Positions 9,427 through 18,648 of a stretch of 64,000 nucleotides of DNA are shown piece by piece. The notes under the pieces are model-generated. The model did no database searches, had not been told where the DNA came from, and worked only from the letters and a program-made list of their open reading frames with translations. Position numbers and translations under genes: made by a program. How positions within the stretch are numbered: position 1 is the stretch's first letter; each line of letters begins with the position of its first letter. Source of the DNA: an uncultured Rhodobacteraceae bacterium (GTDB lineage: Bacteria; Pseudomonadota; Alphaproteobacteria; Rhodobacterales; Rhodobacteraceae); contig CAKZVL010000049.1 of assembly GCA_937922155.1 (NCBI GenBank), positions 9,004 to 73,003 on the forward strand, given 5' to 3'.

Positions 9427-10710
9427 ATGAAGTATATGGTAACTTATGACCTGATGGAAACCACGCGAAACACCAATCAGTGGTTGGGTGCGACCGCGCG
9501 GGCCTTCGCAAGCTATCCTGCAATGGCCGCAATCCCTAATCCTGCGATGGATTGGCTCAAAGCATGGGGTGAGGTCACAGAACGCACCTTCGCGCGAATG
9601 GTCGTCAAACCCGATTGGGGTATCCCCTCATTTACCTGCGAGGATGGCAAAGACCACATTGTCGAAATTGAAACGCTGGTGGAACGCCCCTTTGGCGACC
9701 TGATCCATTTCAACGTCCCTGGCCGCAAGGAACGCAAGCGCCGCGTCTTGCTCGTCGCCCCAATGTCCGGCCATTACGCCACATTGCTGCGCAAAACCGT
9801 GATCAGCCTGCTCCCCGATTGCGAAGTCTTCATCACAGATTGGCACAACGCCCGCGACATTCCCGTCAGCAAGGGCAAGTTCGACGTCGAAGATTACACG
9901 CTCTACCTCGTTGATTTCATGAAGGAACTTGGCAGCGACATCCACATCGTGGCCGTCTGCCAACCCGTCCCACTGGCACTGGCCGCAACCGCCTATCTGG
10001 CTGAAGAAGACCCCAGCGCACAGCCGCGATCCCTCACCCTGATTGGCGGCCCAGTTGATCCCGATGCCAACCCGACAGAAGTCACCGACTTTGGCCACTC
10101 CGTCACGATGGGCCAGCTCGAAGAAACGATGATCCAGCGCGTTGGTTTTAAATCCGCAGGCGTCGGGCGCATGGTCTACCCCGGCCTGCTCCAGCTTGCC
10201 TCATTCATCTCTATGAACGGCGAGATGCATTACAACGCCTTCCAAGATCAAATCGTGCGCGCCGCCAAAGGCGAATCCTCCGATCATGACCGCCACAACG
10301 TATTTTATGACGAATACCTCGCCGTGATGGACATGACGGCTGAATTCTACCTCTCCACGGTCGAACGCATCTTCAAAAACCGCGATATCGCGCGCAATGA
10401 ATTTGTCGTCGCAGGCCGCAACGTCGACATCTCCAAAATCACAACTGTGGCCGTAAAAATCGTCGAAGGCGAAAACGACGACATCTCCGCCCCCGGTCAA
10501 TGTCTCGCCGCCTTGGATTTGCTCACCGGCCTGCCCGACAGCAAAAAGGCAGCGCACCTCGAACCCGGCGCTGGCCACTACGGCATTTTCGCTGGGAAAA
10601 GCTGGCGCAACAACATCCGCCCTCTGGTGCTTAACTTCATCGACGCAAATTCCGCCGCCCCTAGGGCTGCAAAATCCGGTAAGTCCGGCAAAGTCGTCGC
10701 AATGAAATAA
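9427..10710 (+). CDS. phaZ: Intracellular polyhydroxyalkanoate depolymerase
   Basis: About 427 aa, divergent from phaC, with length and sequence character typical of intracellular PhaZ. The start is taken at MKYMVTYD. Confidence 0.75.
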   Translation: MKYMVTYDLMETTRNTNQWLGATARAFASYPAMAAIPNPAMDWLKAWGEVTERTFARMVVKPDWGIPSFTCEDGKDHIVEIETLVERPFGDLIHFNVPGRKERKRRVLLVAPMSGHYATLLRKTVISLLPDCEVFITDWHNARDIPVSKGKFDVEDYTLYLVDFMKELGSDIHIVAVCQPVPLALAATAYLAEEDPSAQPRSLTLIGGPVDPDANPTEVTDFGHSVTMGQLEETMIQRVGFKSAGVGRMVYPGLLQLASFISMNGEMHYNAFQDQIVRAAKGESSDHDRHNVFYDEYLAVMDMTAEFYLSTVERIFKNRDIARNEFVVAGRNVDISKITTVAVKIVEGENDDISAPGQCLAALDLLTGLPDSKKAAHLEPGAGHYGIFAGKSWRNNIRPLVLNFIDANSAAPRAAKSGKSGKVVAMK

Positions 10711-11015
10711 GCGCAGCCTGCCCAAGGCTGAGGCGAACAGGTCGCACTTTACAGTTGAATACAGGTTTTGCCGTGCCAAGCTGGTCACCGGTTCGCGCAC
10801 AACACCGCCAAATTCCGCACCGCATCGCGACTCAATCCTAAAGAGTGGCCGAGCCCCAAACACACGCCTTTCCAGAAATGACGGGCTATCGGGACTCCAA
10901 CCCCCTGATTTCTTGAGATTCTAAACACTTTCTGAACGGCCTTGACTGTGGCACTATGGCAACTGTTAGACGGTATTCTGTTATTTTTTTGAACGTATTT
11001 TTGTGGAGAAAACTA

Positions 11016-11513
11016 ATGAACTTAAAAAGCCTGCTCATCGCCAGCGTCTTTGTCGGCGCGTCCTCACTGGGGGCGTCTGCTGCGACCATTAATCCGGATG
11101 ACTTTATGTTCGATGGAAAAGTCACGAGCGGCAACTGTCCTTTTGGCGGAAGCACCTGCATCCTTTTACCGAACAATGGCACGGCTGAACTCACCTATAG
11201 CGGTGGTGTTTTTGACCTTGTTAGCTTCGAATATGCCCTGCAAGGTTCGGGTTCCGAGGTGACGGCAACATCCGACTTGGGCGATGTTTTTGTCAGCCAA
11301 CCGCTCCAAGGAAATAATCCAGACAACACGGCTATTGTTAACTGGACTGGGGTAACGACAATCAATTTCGAAAGCACTGGCAACGGCTCCGTGCGCATCG
11401 GTGTTATTGATGGTGTCGTACAGATGACAGCCGTACCGCTGCCAGCTGGCCTGCCGCTGATGCTCGTCGGACTTGGCGCACTTGGTATCGCCAAGCGTCG
11501 CAAGGCGTCCTAA
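11016..11513 (+). CDS. Secreted protein with a VPLPA-CTERM sorting tag
   Basis: Signal peptide MNLKSLLIASVFVGASSLGASA with GGAG upstream of the ATG at 11016. The C-terminus VPLPAGLPLMLVGLGALGIAKRRKAS has the motif, a TM helix and a basic tail. Confidence 0.75.
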   Translation: MNLKSLLIASVFVGASSLGASAATINPDDFMFDGKVTSGNCPFGGSTCILLPNNGTAELTYSGGVFDLVSFEYALQGSGSEVTATSDLGDVFVSQPLQGNNPDNTAIVNWTGVTTINFESTGNGSVRIGVIDGVVQMTAVPLPAGLPLMLVGLGALGIAKRRKAS

Positions 11514-11533
11514 CGAAGCGAAACAAAGATCAT

Positions 11534-11570
11534 CCAAGGATCGGCACCCCTCGCCGATCCTTGGCGTTTT
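11534..11570 (+). terminator. Rho-independent terminator after the first VPLPA-CTERM gene
   Basis: A 12-bp stem (CCAAGGATCGGC / GCCGATCCTTGG) followed by CGTTTT. Confidence 0.7.
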
Positions 11571-11710
11571 GAATATCAGCGGCGAATCCCAACGCACCTT
11601 TTCTGGCGATTCTCCTAGGCGAACGCGAAATCGCCTAAAAAACATACGTTTACCAACCGTTAACCATGATCGCCCGCGCGCAGCCTTAACCAGGCGTTCT
11701 GCGTAGGCAC

Positions 11711-11750
11711 GGTGTACCGATTGTGTACGCAGTGTGTACCGGCTGTGACA
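11711..11750 (+). promoter_or_regulatory. Array of four direct heptamers at exact 11-bp phasing (GGTGTAC/TGTGTAC/TGTGTAC/TGTGACA)
   Basis: The heptamers start at 11711, 11722, 11733 and 11744. An AAAATA -10-like hexamer lies about 14 nt downstream. A homologous array occurs at 26055-26094. Confidence 0.6.
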
Positions 11751-11975
11751 CTGAATTTCCCAACAAAATAACGCGTAAACCCTTGCGTCTGACACCACAG
11801 CCAAAATGCCTGCATCCATCCAGCGCACGCACGCCCCACCCCATTAACAAAGCGCACGCGCAATCACAGGGTTTCACACACCCGTGCAACACGCGCCTGT
11901 GTCTTTCCTGTGATCGGCTCATGACGTTACGCAAGGGGACCACCAAAACCGGTGTGTTCTTTTACGGAGTTAAAC

Positions 11976-12779
11976 ATGTCCAACAGATCAAAAATCGCAG
12001 GCCTAATGGCCGCAACAACCATGCTGGTCGCGGGTGCGGCGAATGCTGCAACGCTGTCCGTCAGCATCACAAACGAACAACCTGCAGACGGGGTCTTTCT
12101 AACACCTCTGGCATCCATCTTCCACGATGGCAATTTCGACCTCTTCAACGCTGGCGAAACCGCCTCCCAAGTGGTTGAAGGCCTCGCCGAAGAAGGCGCC
12201 GCAGGCCCAGTTGTGGCAGCCGCCCAAGCGGCAGGTCATCAAGGTGGCGTTGTCTTTGGAACAGGCGGTTTTGGTTCCGCACCAGGTCAACCACCTCTGA
12301 TTGATCCAATGGAAACAGCCTCCGCCCTGTTCAACGTTGATTTCGGCGCGACGGACGATCTCTACTTCTCGTTCATGTCGATGATCCTACCAACAAACGA
12401 TGCATTCATCGGCAACGACAACCCAACCGCCTATCAAATCGTAGACAGCGGCATCTTCCAAGGCACGTCCATCAGCGTCTACACAAACGATGCATGGGAT
12501 GCCGGCACCGAGGAAAATAACTTCCAAGGCTTGCCCTTCAGCCCCAACGGCGGTGACGCAACCGACACCAACGGTGTGATCGCGCGCCTTGGCAACCTGC
12601 TGTTCGTCGACGGCCAAACACGCGGTGCCGAATTCGGCCCAGTTGGCCCTGCTGGCCTCGGCGATGCGACATTGATCGCAACCATCGAAGTTGCAGCCGT
12701 TCCGCTGCCAGCTGGCTTGCCGCTGATGCTCGCAGGACTTGGCGCATTTGGCATCGCTAAGCGCCGCAAAAAGGCATAA
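11976..12779 (+). CDS. Spondin_N-like secreted protein with a VPLPA-CTERM sorting tag
   Basis: Signal peptide ending AANA, then the SMILPTNDAFIGN region typical of bacterial spondin-N homologs. C-terminus is VPLPAGLPLMLAGLGAFGIAKRRKKA, and GGAG precedes the ATG at 11976. Confidence 0.75.
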   Translation: MSNRSKIAGLMAATTMLVAGAANAATLSVSITNEQPADGVFLTPLASIFHDGNFDLFNAGETASQVVEGLAEEGAAGPVVAAAQAAGHQGGVVFGTGGFGSAPGQPPLIDPMETASALFNVDFGATDDLYFSFMSMILPTNDAFIGNDNPTAYQIVDSGIFQGTSISVYTNDAWDAGTEENNFQGLPFSPNGGDATDTNGVIARLGNLLFVDGQTRGAEFGPVGPAGLGDATLIATIEVAAVPLPAGLPLMLAGLGAFGIAKRRKKA

Positions 12780-12926
12780 TCGCTCTTGTTCTCTGCCGCC
12801 TGCCCTCGGGTGGGCGGCACTTTCCGCCTTAGAACCCATGTCGGTTCTGGCCTCTGAAAATGTCGGTCCCCGACATGACGTCCCCGCAAATCGCCCGCCA
12901 CCATCACCTAAATGGGAGGGCCGAAC

Positions 12927-14267
12927 ATGAACACTCACTACCGGGACACGCGCAAGATCGATCCAACGCGCGGCGCCATGCTCGCGGATGGCACACCCAA
13001 CGACCAAGACCGAATGGAAATCGGCCCAACCCAACTCGCGTTTTCCGAATGGGCCGCCGCGGGACTTGAGCTTCCAAATCTCCCAGCCCTACGCACATGG
13101 CGTCACAAACGCCTTGTGGATGCCGTCAACCAACGCGACTACGGCGGTATCTTGATGTTTGACCCGCTCAACATCCGCTACGCCACAGACAGCACGAATA
13201 TGCAGCTGTGGAACACCCACAACCCCTTCCGCGCCTGTCTCGTCTGCGCTGACGGCTATATGATCGTCTGGGACTATAAAAACGCGGTCTTCCTGTCCAA
13301 GTTCAACCCGCTGGTGAACGAACAACGCACCGGCGCTGACCTCTTCTACTTTGATCGCGGCGACATGCTGGACCCCGCCGCCAAGACCTTCGCGGGCGAA
13401 GTCCACGACCTGATCCGCAGCCATTCAGGCGGCAACATGCGCCTTGGCGTCGACAAACCCATGCTCCACGCCCTGCGCGCCCTCGAACAAACAGGCTTCA
13501 CCGTCTTCCCCGGCGAAGAACTCACCGAAAAAGCCCGCTCCATCAAAGGCCCCGATGAAATAAAGGCGATGCGCTGCGCCTCCCACGCCTGCGAAGCCGC
13601 CTGCCACGCCATGGAGGACGCCGCCCGAACAGGCGTGCCAAAGGGCGATATGTCCGAAAACGATGTCTGGGCAGTGCTGCACGCCGAAAACATACGTCGC
13701 GGTGGCGAATGGATCGAAACGCGGCTCCTCGCCTCGGGTCCCCGCACAAACCCATGGTTCCAAGAATGCGGCGGACGCATCGTACAAAACAACGAAATCC
13801 TCGCCTTTGACACCGACCTCATCGGTGCCTACGGCATCTGCGTCGACATCTCGCGCACCTGGTGGGTCGGCGACGCGCGGCCCCGCCAAGACATGATCGA
13901 CGCCATGAACCTCGGGCGCGAACACATTGAAACCAATATGCAAATGCTGCGCCCCGGCGTGCATATGCGGGACCTGACAATGAACGCCCATAAACTACCC
14001 GATCAGTTCCAAGACCTGAAATACGGCTGCCTGATGCACGGCGTGGGCCTCTGCGATGAATGGCCCCTGATCCCCTATCCCGACAAATTCGTCGAAGGCG
14101 CCTACGACTACGTCCTAGAACCGGGCATGACCTTATGTGTGGAAGCGCTGATCAGCCCCAAAGGCGGCGATTTTTCGATCAAGCTCGAAGACCAAGTGCT
14201 GATTACCGACGACGGGTTTGAAAACCTCACCCAATACCCCTTCGACCCAAGGCTCACCGACACATAA
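12927..14267 (+). CDS. dddP: M24-family metalloenzyme, DMSP lyase DddP-like
   Basis: The N-terminus HYRDTRKIDP..GPTQLAFSEW..MFDPLNIRYATDSTNMQLWNTHNPFR matches my recollection of Roseobacter DddP. It has the M24 pita-bread fold length, and GGGAGGG precedes the ATG at 12927. Confidence 0.7.
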   Translation: MNTHYRDTRKIDPTRGAMLADGTPNDQDRMEIGPTQLAFSEWAAAGLELPNLPALRTWRHKRLVDAVNQRDYGGILMFDPLNIRYATDSTNMQLWNTHNPFRACLVCADGYMIVWDYKNAVFLSKFNPLVNEQRTGADLFYFDRGDMLDPAAKTFAGEVHDLIRSHSGGNMRLGVDKPMLHALRALEQTGFTVFPGEELTEKARSIKGPDEIKAMRCASHACEAACHAMEDAARTGVPKGDMSENDVWAVLHAENIRRGGEWIETRLLASGPRTNPWFQECGGRIVQNNEILAFDTDLIGAYGICVDISRTWWVGDARPRQDMIDAMNLGREHIETNMQMLRPGVHMRDLTMNAHKLPDQFQDLKYGCLMHGVGLCDEWPLIPYPDKFVEGAYDYVLEPGMTLCVEALISPKGGDFSIKLEDQVLITDDGFENLTQYPFDPRLTDT

Positions 14268-14350
14268 TTCACGTCTGCGGCACCCCTCTTGCAGTGAGAA
14301 GGCCAGACAGACAATTTACCTCCGAACACCACAACAAAGGGGGCGAACCC

Positions 14351-15544
14351 ATGCCAACGCAAAGATTAACGTTTGAAGGCCACGCCGGCGACACGCTCGC
14401 CGCCCGGTTGGACCTCCCCGATGGGCCGCATCTGGCAACGGCCCTCTTCGCCCATTGCTTCACCTGCTCCAAAGACATCACTGCCGCGCGACGGATCGCA
14501 GCCCGCCTCGCCTCCATGGGGATCGCCGTATTGCGGTTTGATTTCACAGGCCTCGGCCATTCAGAGGGTGAGTTTGCCAATACAACCTTCACCTCCAACG
14601 TCCAAGACCTGCACGCCGCCAGCGCCGCCCTCACCGCGCGCGACATGACCCCCAGTCTGCTGATCGGCCATTCGCTTGGCGGGGCTGCGGTGCTCAAGGC
14701 CGCCCACGAAATGCACCACATAAAGGCCGTGGTCAGCATCGGCGCCCCCTTTGATCCCGCCCATGTCACCCACAACTTCGCCCAAGCCCTGCCCGGCATC
14801 CTCAAAAATGGCAGCGGCGATGTCTCCCTCGGCGGTCGCCCCTTCACAATCGGCAAAGCCTTCGTCGAAGACGTCTCCCAATCCTCACTGACCCGCGCCT
14901 TGTCGTCCCTCAACGCCGCCTTGCTCGTCCTGCACGCACCGCGCGATCAAACCGTCAGCATCGACAATGCCGCACAGATTTTCATGGCCGCCAAACACCC
15001 CAAAAGTTTTATCACTCTGGATACCGCTGACCATTTGATCACCGATAGTGCTGATGCCGAATATGCCGCAGACACCATCGCCACATGGGCCCGCCGCTAC
15101 ATAGACCTGGCAGAACCTGAACGCACGCCAGACGTCCCCGAAGGCATCCTGCGCGTCAGCGAAGCCGACGCAAACGGCTTCCTCCAAGACGTCCAATCCG
15201 GCCCGCACCATATTCTGGCCGATGAACCGACCAGCTTTGGCGGCACTAACAAAGGGCTCACCCCTTACGGCTTCCTCTCCGCCGGGCTCGGCGCCTGCAC
15301 CAGCATGACCATCCGCATGTACGCACGGCGCAAAAAATGGCCCCTCACCGGGATCAGCGTCGACATCAGCCACGGCAAAGCGCACGTAGACGGTCAAAAA
15401 ATCGACAGCTTTAACCGCAAAATCACTCTGCACGGCGATCTTGACGAAGATCAGCGCAACCGTCTGCTGCAAATCGCTGACAAATGCCCCGTCCACAAAA
15501 CGCTAGAGGCCCAAGCAACGATCACAACCGAACTCGCCCCATGA
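14351..15544 (+). CDS. Bifunctional alpha/beta hydrolase / OsmC-family protein
   Basis: The N-terminal half carries a GHSLGG nucleophile elbow. The C-terminal ~130 aa are OsmC-like (GLGACTSMT, DKCPVHKTL). Confidence 0.8.
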   Translation: MPTQRLTFEGHAGDTLAARLDLPDGPHLATALFAHCFTCSKDITAARRIAARLASMGIAVLRFDFTGLGHSEGEFANTTFTSNVQDLHAASAALTARDMTPSLLIGHSLGGAAVLKAAHEMHHIKAVVSIGAPFDPAHVTHNFAQALPGILKNGSGDVSLGGRPFTIGKAFVEDVSQSSLTRALSSLNAALLVLHAPRDQTVSIDNAAQIFMAAKHPKSFITLDTADHLITDSADAEYAADTIATWARRYIDLAEPERTPDVPEGILRVSEADANGFLQDVQSGPHHILADEPTSFGGTNKGLTPYGFLSAGLGACTSMTIRMYARRKKWPLTGISVDISHGKAHVDGQKIDSFNRKITLHGDLDEDQRNRLLQIADKCPVHKTLEAQATITTELAP

Positions 15545-15560
15545 TCATTCGCGTTCCAAG

Positions 15561-15592
15561 ATCATCTTGCCCAAAATACTCGCGCCGCAGGC
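15561..15592 (+). repeat. Conserved post-stop intergenic element, copy C (ATCATCTTGCCCAAAATACTCGCGCCGCAGGC)
   Basis: It lies 17 nt after the stop at 15544. Confidence 0.7.
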
Positions 15593-15666
15593 ATCCTAAG
15601 GTCTAGCGCACACCGAACCAGCGCGGCTTTGCGAGAACGCCAAAAAATCAGCGCCAAAAACAAAGC

Positions 15667-15690
15667 AAGGCGCCGCAACCGCGGCGCCTT
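15667..15690. terminator. Bidirectional hairpin terminator between the hydrolase/OsmC gene and bioY
   Basis: AAGGCGCCGC-AACC-GCGGCGCCTT, with T-rich tracts on both strands. Confidence 0.65.
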
Positions 15691-15719
15691 CCCTTTTGAT
15701 TCAAACCACCAATGTGGCG

Positions 15720-16316
15720 TTAAGCGCGGGCCTTGCCAACCAGCTTCCAAAGGGCGGGCATGATCAACGCCGCCAACGCCAGCTTCAACGCATCACCAAT
15801 CAAAAACGGCGTAATGCCCCAGGCAAACGTCTGCGCCCAGCTTTCGGCAAATCCATTTAGCCAAACAAGGCCGGGGATGTAAATCAACGCGTTGCCAACC
15901 AGCATCGCAACCGCCATCAGCAGAACACTGCGATCCCAGCCAAGCCGCGCGAAAAACCCAAGCGCCAGTGTGGCAAGCGCATATCCAACCAAATAACCGC
16001 CCGTGCCACCCATCATATAGGTCAAACCGGCTTCCTCACCGGCAAACACCGCAGCGCCCGCAGCACCCATCGCAAGATACCCAAGGACCGTCATCAACCC
16101 CAAACGCGGACCATAGGCAGCACCAATGGTCAAAACCGCGAATGTGCCAAAGGTGATCGGCACCGGGTTCCCGGGCAAAAAGACCTGAACCTTCGCCGCG
16201 ATTGTCAAAACCGCGATCCCAAGGATCACCAGAACCGCCTGCTTGATCCGCAACGCGCTCCCTTCAGTGGGGCCAAACGCTTCTGTTAGCGCCTTGTCAT
16301 TCAATACGAGAGCCAT
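15720..16316 (-). CDS. bioY: Biotin transporter BioY
   Basis: A multi-pass membrane protein of about 198 aa with a BioY-type sequence (PITFGTFAVL..GYL.GY). The start is taken at MALVLND. Confidence 0.8.
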   Translation of the reverse strand: MALVLNDKALTEAFGPTEGSALRIKQAVLVILGIAVLTIAAKVQVFLPGNPVPITFGTFAVLTIGAAYGPRLGLMTVLGYLAMGAAGAAVFAGEEAGLTYMMGGTGGYLVGYALATLALGFFARLGWDRSVLLMAVAMLVGNALIYIPGLVWLNGFAESWAQTFAWGITPFLIGDALKLALAALIMPALWKLVGKARA

Positions 16317-16412
16317 CTTGCACTCCTTCCTTGTCCAATTTCCTCTTGATTGCCTGACCAAAGGCGCAGGTGCAAGGCTGATTGCGCTCTCAAATCCCAA
16401 TCAAGGTCCAAT

Positions 16413-16832
16413 TCAAGCGCGGATATAGCGCGAAACCGATGTATAATCCTTGCGCGGGCCCAACACAGTCCAGATGGCCTCCCAGTTCGGCCAGCGCGTA
16501 AAATCATACGCCACCTTGTAATAATCATCGCCACAAGGATGATCACTCCCCGCCGCACACCCCTGCGGCGTGAACTTGTGAAAGGCAGATCCATCTTCAA
16601 ACGTCACCACCACCTCTGAGGCGGTAAACTGCCAATTATATCGCCGCGTGGCCTGCATCGCCGGTCCACGCCCCAAACGAAACTCACCCGTTTCGACATA
16701 GGCCAGACGCAGCAGCCCCGCCGGGGTCATCTCCACTTGCCCCGACAAAACGCCCTCTTGCCCCGCCAAACGGTCGTCAATGCGTCGGGCCAGCTTCCAA
16801 ACCCCGCCAAACGCCTCCGGTCCCAGCATCAT
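16413..16832 (-). CDS. Conserved hypothetical protein
   Basis: 139-aa ORF with coding-like composition, start-stop coupled to the upstream ORF (overlap at 16829-16832). I recognised no motif. Confidence 0.5.
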   Translation of the reverse strand: MMLGPEAFGGVWKLARRIDDRLAGQEGVLSGQVEMTPAGLLRLAYVETGEFRLGRGPAMQATRRYNWQFTASEVVVTFEDGSAFHKFTPQGCAAGSDHPCGDDYYKVAYDFTRWPNWEAIWTVLGPRKDYTSVSRYIRA

Positions 16833-17164
16833 TTCTGGTATGCACCTTCACTGACGCTGCGATCTGACGAAATGAACCGCACGCGGTCCCCATTCACCTG
16901 AAAATCATAACAATCCCATGTGTCCGACGGCGGCCATGTGCTGCAATACTGTCCACCGCGTGCCGCCCAACGACCATCACTCATCCGCTCGGTGACAAAT
17001 TGCGTGTCCCCTTCCGCCCCAAAATGCTGCAACGAATAGGCATCATAAACAATCACCTGTCCCGCCAACGCCTCCGTGATCGCCGCATCATCGGACAATT
17101 GCACCCACTCTTGCGCCCAAAGGACGCTCGGCAAAAGGGACATTAAGACTGTTATTGTTTTCAT
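16829..17164 (-). CDS. Hypothetical exported protein
   Basis: N-terminal signal-like segment MKTITVLMSLLPSVLWAQ. It is coupled to the downstream ORF. Confidence 0.5.
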   Translation of the reverse strand: MKTITVLMSLLPSVLWAQEWVQLSDDAAITEALAGQVIVYDAYSLQHFGAEGDTQFVTERMSDGRWAARGGQYCSTWPPSDTWDCYDFQVNGDRVRFISSDRSVSEGAYQK

Positions 17165-17260
17165 CGCTTTCCTCCTCTTGAGACTGGCTCTTGAGACTGG
17201 GCCTCCCCCCCTTTATGACGCGTCTCAAAGCGCTGCCCAATCACAAAAAGGCTATCACAG

Positions 17261-18562
17261 ATGATCCCACGTTATTCCCGCCCTGAAATGACTGCCATTT
17301 GGGAGCCGGCCACAAAATTCAAAATCTGGTACGAGATTGAGGCACACGCCTGCGACGCCATGGCCGATCTGGGCGTCATCCCTCGCGAAAATGCCCAAGC
17401 CGTGTGGAAAGCCAAAGACGTCGAATTCGACGTGGCCCGCATTGATGAGATTGAGGCGGTGACAAAACACGACGTCATTGCCTTTCTAACCCACTTGGCC
17501 GAAATTATCGGCAATGATGAGGCCCGTTTCGTCCACCAAGGCATGACATCCTCTGACGTGCTCGACACCACCTTCAACGTCCAACTGACCCGTGCCGCCG
17601 ACATCCTTCTGGCGGATATGGATCGCGTCTTAGCGGCCCTCAAAACCCGCGCGATGGAACATAAAGACACAGTGCGCATCGGCCGCTCCCACGGCATCCA
17701 CGCCGAACCCACAACAATGGGCCTGACCTTCGCGCGGTTCTATGCGGAAATGGATCGCGGCCGTCAGCGCCTTGTGAACGCCCGCGCTGAAATCGCCACT
17801 GGTGCGATCTCCGGCGCGGTTGGCACCTTCGCCAATATCGACCCCGCAGTCGAAGAACACGTTTGCGCCAAAATGGGCCTGACGCCCGAACCGATCAGCA
17901 CGCAAGTGATACCGCGCGACCGCCACGCGATGTTCTTTGCGACCCTCGGCGTCATCGCCTCCTCAATGGAAAACATCGTCACCGAAGTCCGCCATATGCA
18001 GCGCACCGAAGTGTTGGAGGCCGAAGAATTCTTTTCCAAAGGTCAAAAGGGGTCTTCCGCAATGCCCCACAAACGCAACCCGATCCTGACCGAAAACCTG
18101 ACCGGCCTCGCGCGCCTTGTGCGGATGTCCGTCACCCCGGCCCTTGAAAACGTAACCCTCTGGCACGAACGCGATATCTCTCACTCCTCAGTGGAACGCA
18201 CCATCGGGCCAGACACAACCGTGACGCTTAACTTTGCCCTCAACCGCCTTGCCGGAATGCTGGAAAAGCTGGTCGTCTATCCCGACAACATGATGGCAAA
18301 CATGAACAAATTCCGCGGCCTCGTGATGTCCCAACGCGTTCTTCTGGCCCTGACCCAAGCCGGCGTCAGCCGCGAGGACAGCTATAAACTGGTACAACGC
18401 AACGCGATGAAAGTTTGGGAAAAGGGCGCGGATTTTCAAACCGAACTGCTGGCAGATGACGACGTCCGCGCGGCGCTAAGTGCGGATGAAATCAAAGAAA
18501 AATTCGATCTCGGCTACCACACCAAACACGTGGATACGATTTTCAAACGCGTGTTTGGCTAG
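17261..18562 (+). CDS. purB: Adenylosuccinate lyase
   Basis: 433 aa with the fumarate-lyase signature GSSAMPHKRNP. Confidence 0.92.
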   Translation: MIPRYSRPEMTAIWEPATKFKIWYEIEAHACDAMADLGVIPRENAQAVWKAKDVEFDVARIDEIEAVTKHDVIAFLTHLAEIIGNDEARFVHQGMTSSDVLDTTFNVQLTRAADILLADMDRVLAALKTRAMEHKDTVRIGRSHGIHAEPTTMGLTFARFYAEMDRGRQRLVNARAEIATGAISGAVGTFANIDPAVEEHVCAKMGLTPEPISTQVIPRDRHAMFFATLGVIASSMENIVTEVRHMQRTEVLEAEEFFSKGQKGSSAMPHKRNPILTENLTGLARLVRMSVTPALENVTLWHERDISHSSVERTIGPDTTVTLNFALNRLAGMLEKLVVYPDNMMANMNKFRGLVMSQRVLLALTQAGVSREDSYKLVQRNAMKVWEKGADFQTELLADDDVRAALSADEIKEKFDLGYHTKHVDTIFKRVFG

Positions 18563-18648
18563 CAAAATCGACTGCGCCAAGCGACCATAGGTGACATTTG
18601 GCGCAGTTCTGCTAATCTCGCCAGCATAGATAATTGTTGGAGGCGAAG

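Noticed and set aside
11166-13034. Two ~215-220-aa minus-strand ORFs (11166-11828 and 12387-13034) that share a similar segment (..KCAKSDEHQRQASWQRYGC.. / ..KCAKSCEHQRQASWQRNGC..).
   Set aside because: The shared segment is simply the antisense translation of the conserved VPLPA-CTERM tag DNA. Both ORFs overlap well-supported plus-strand genes and intergenic terminators.
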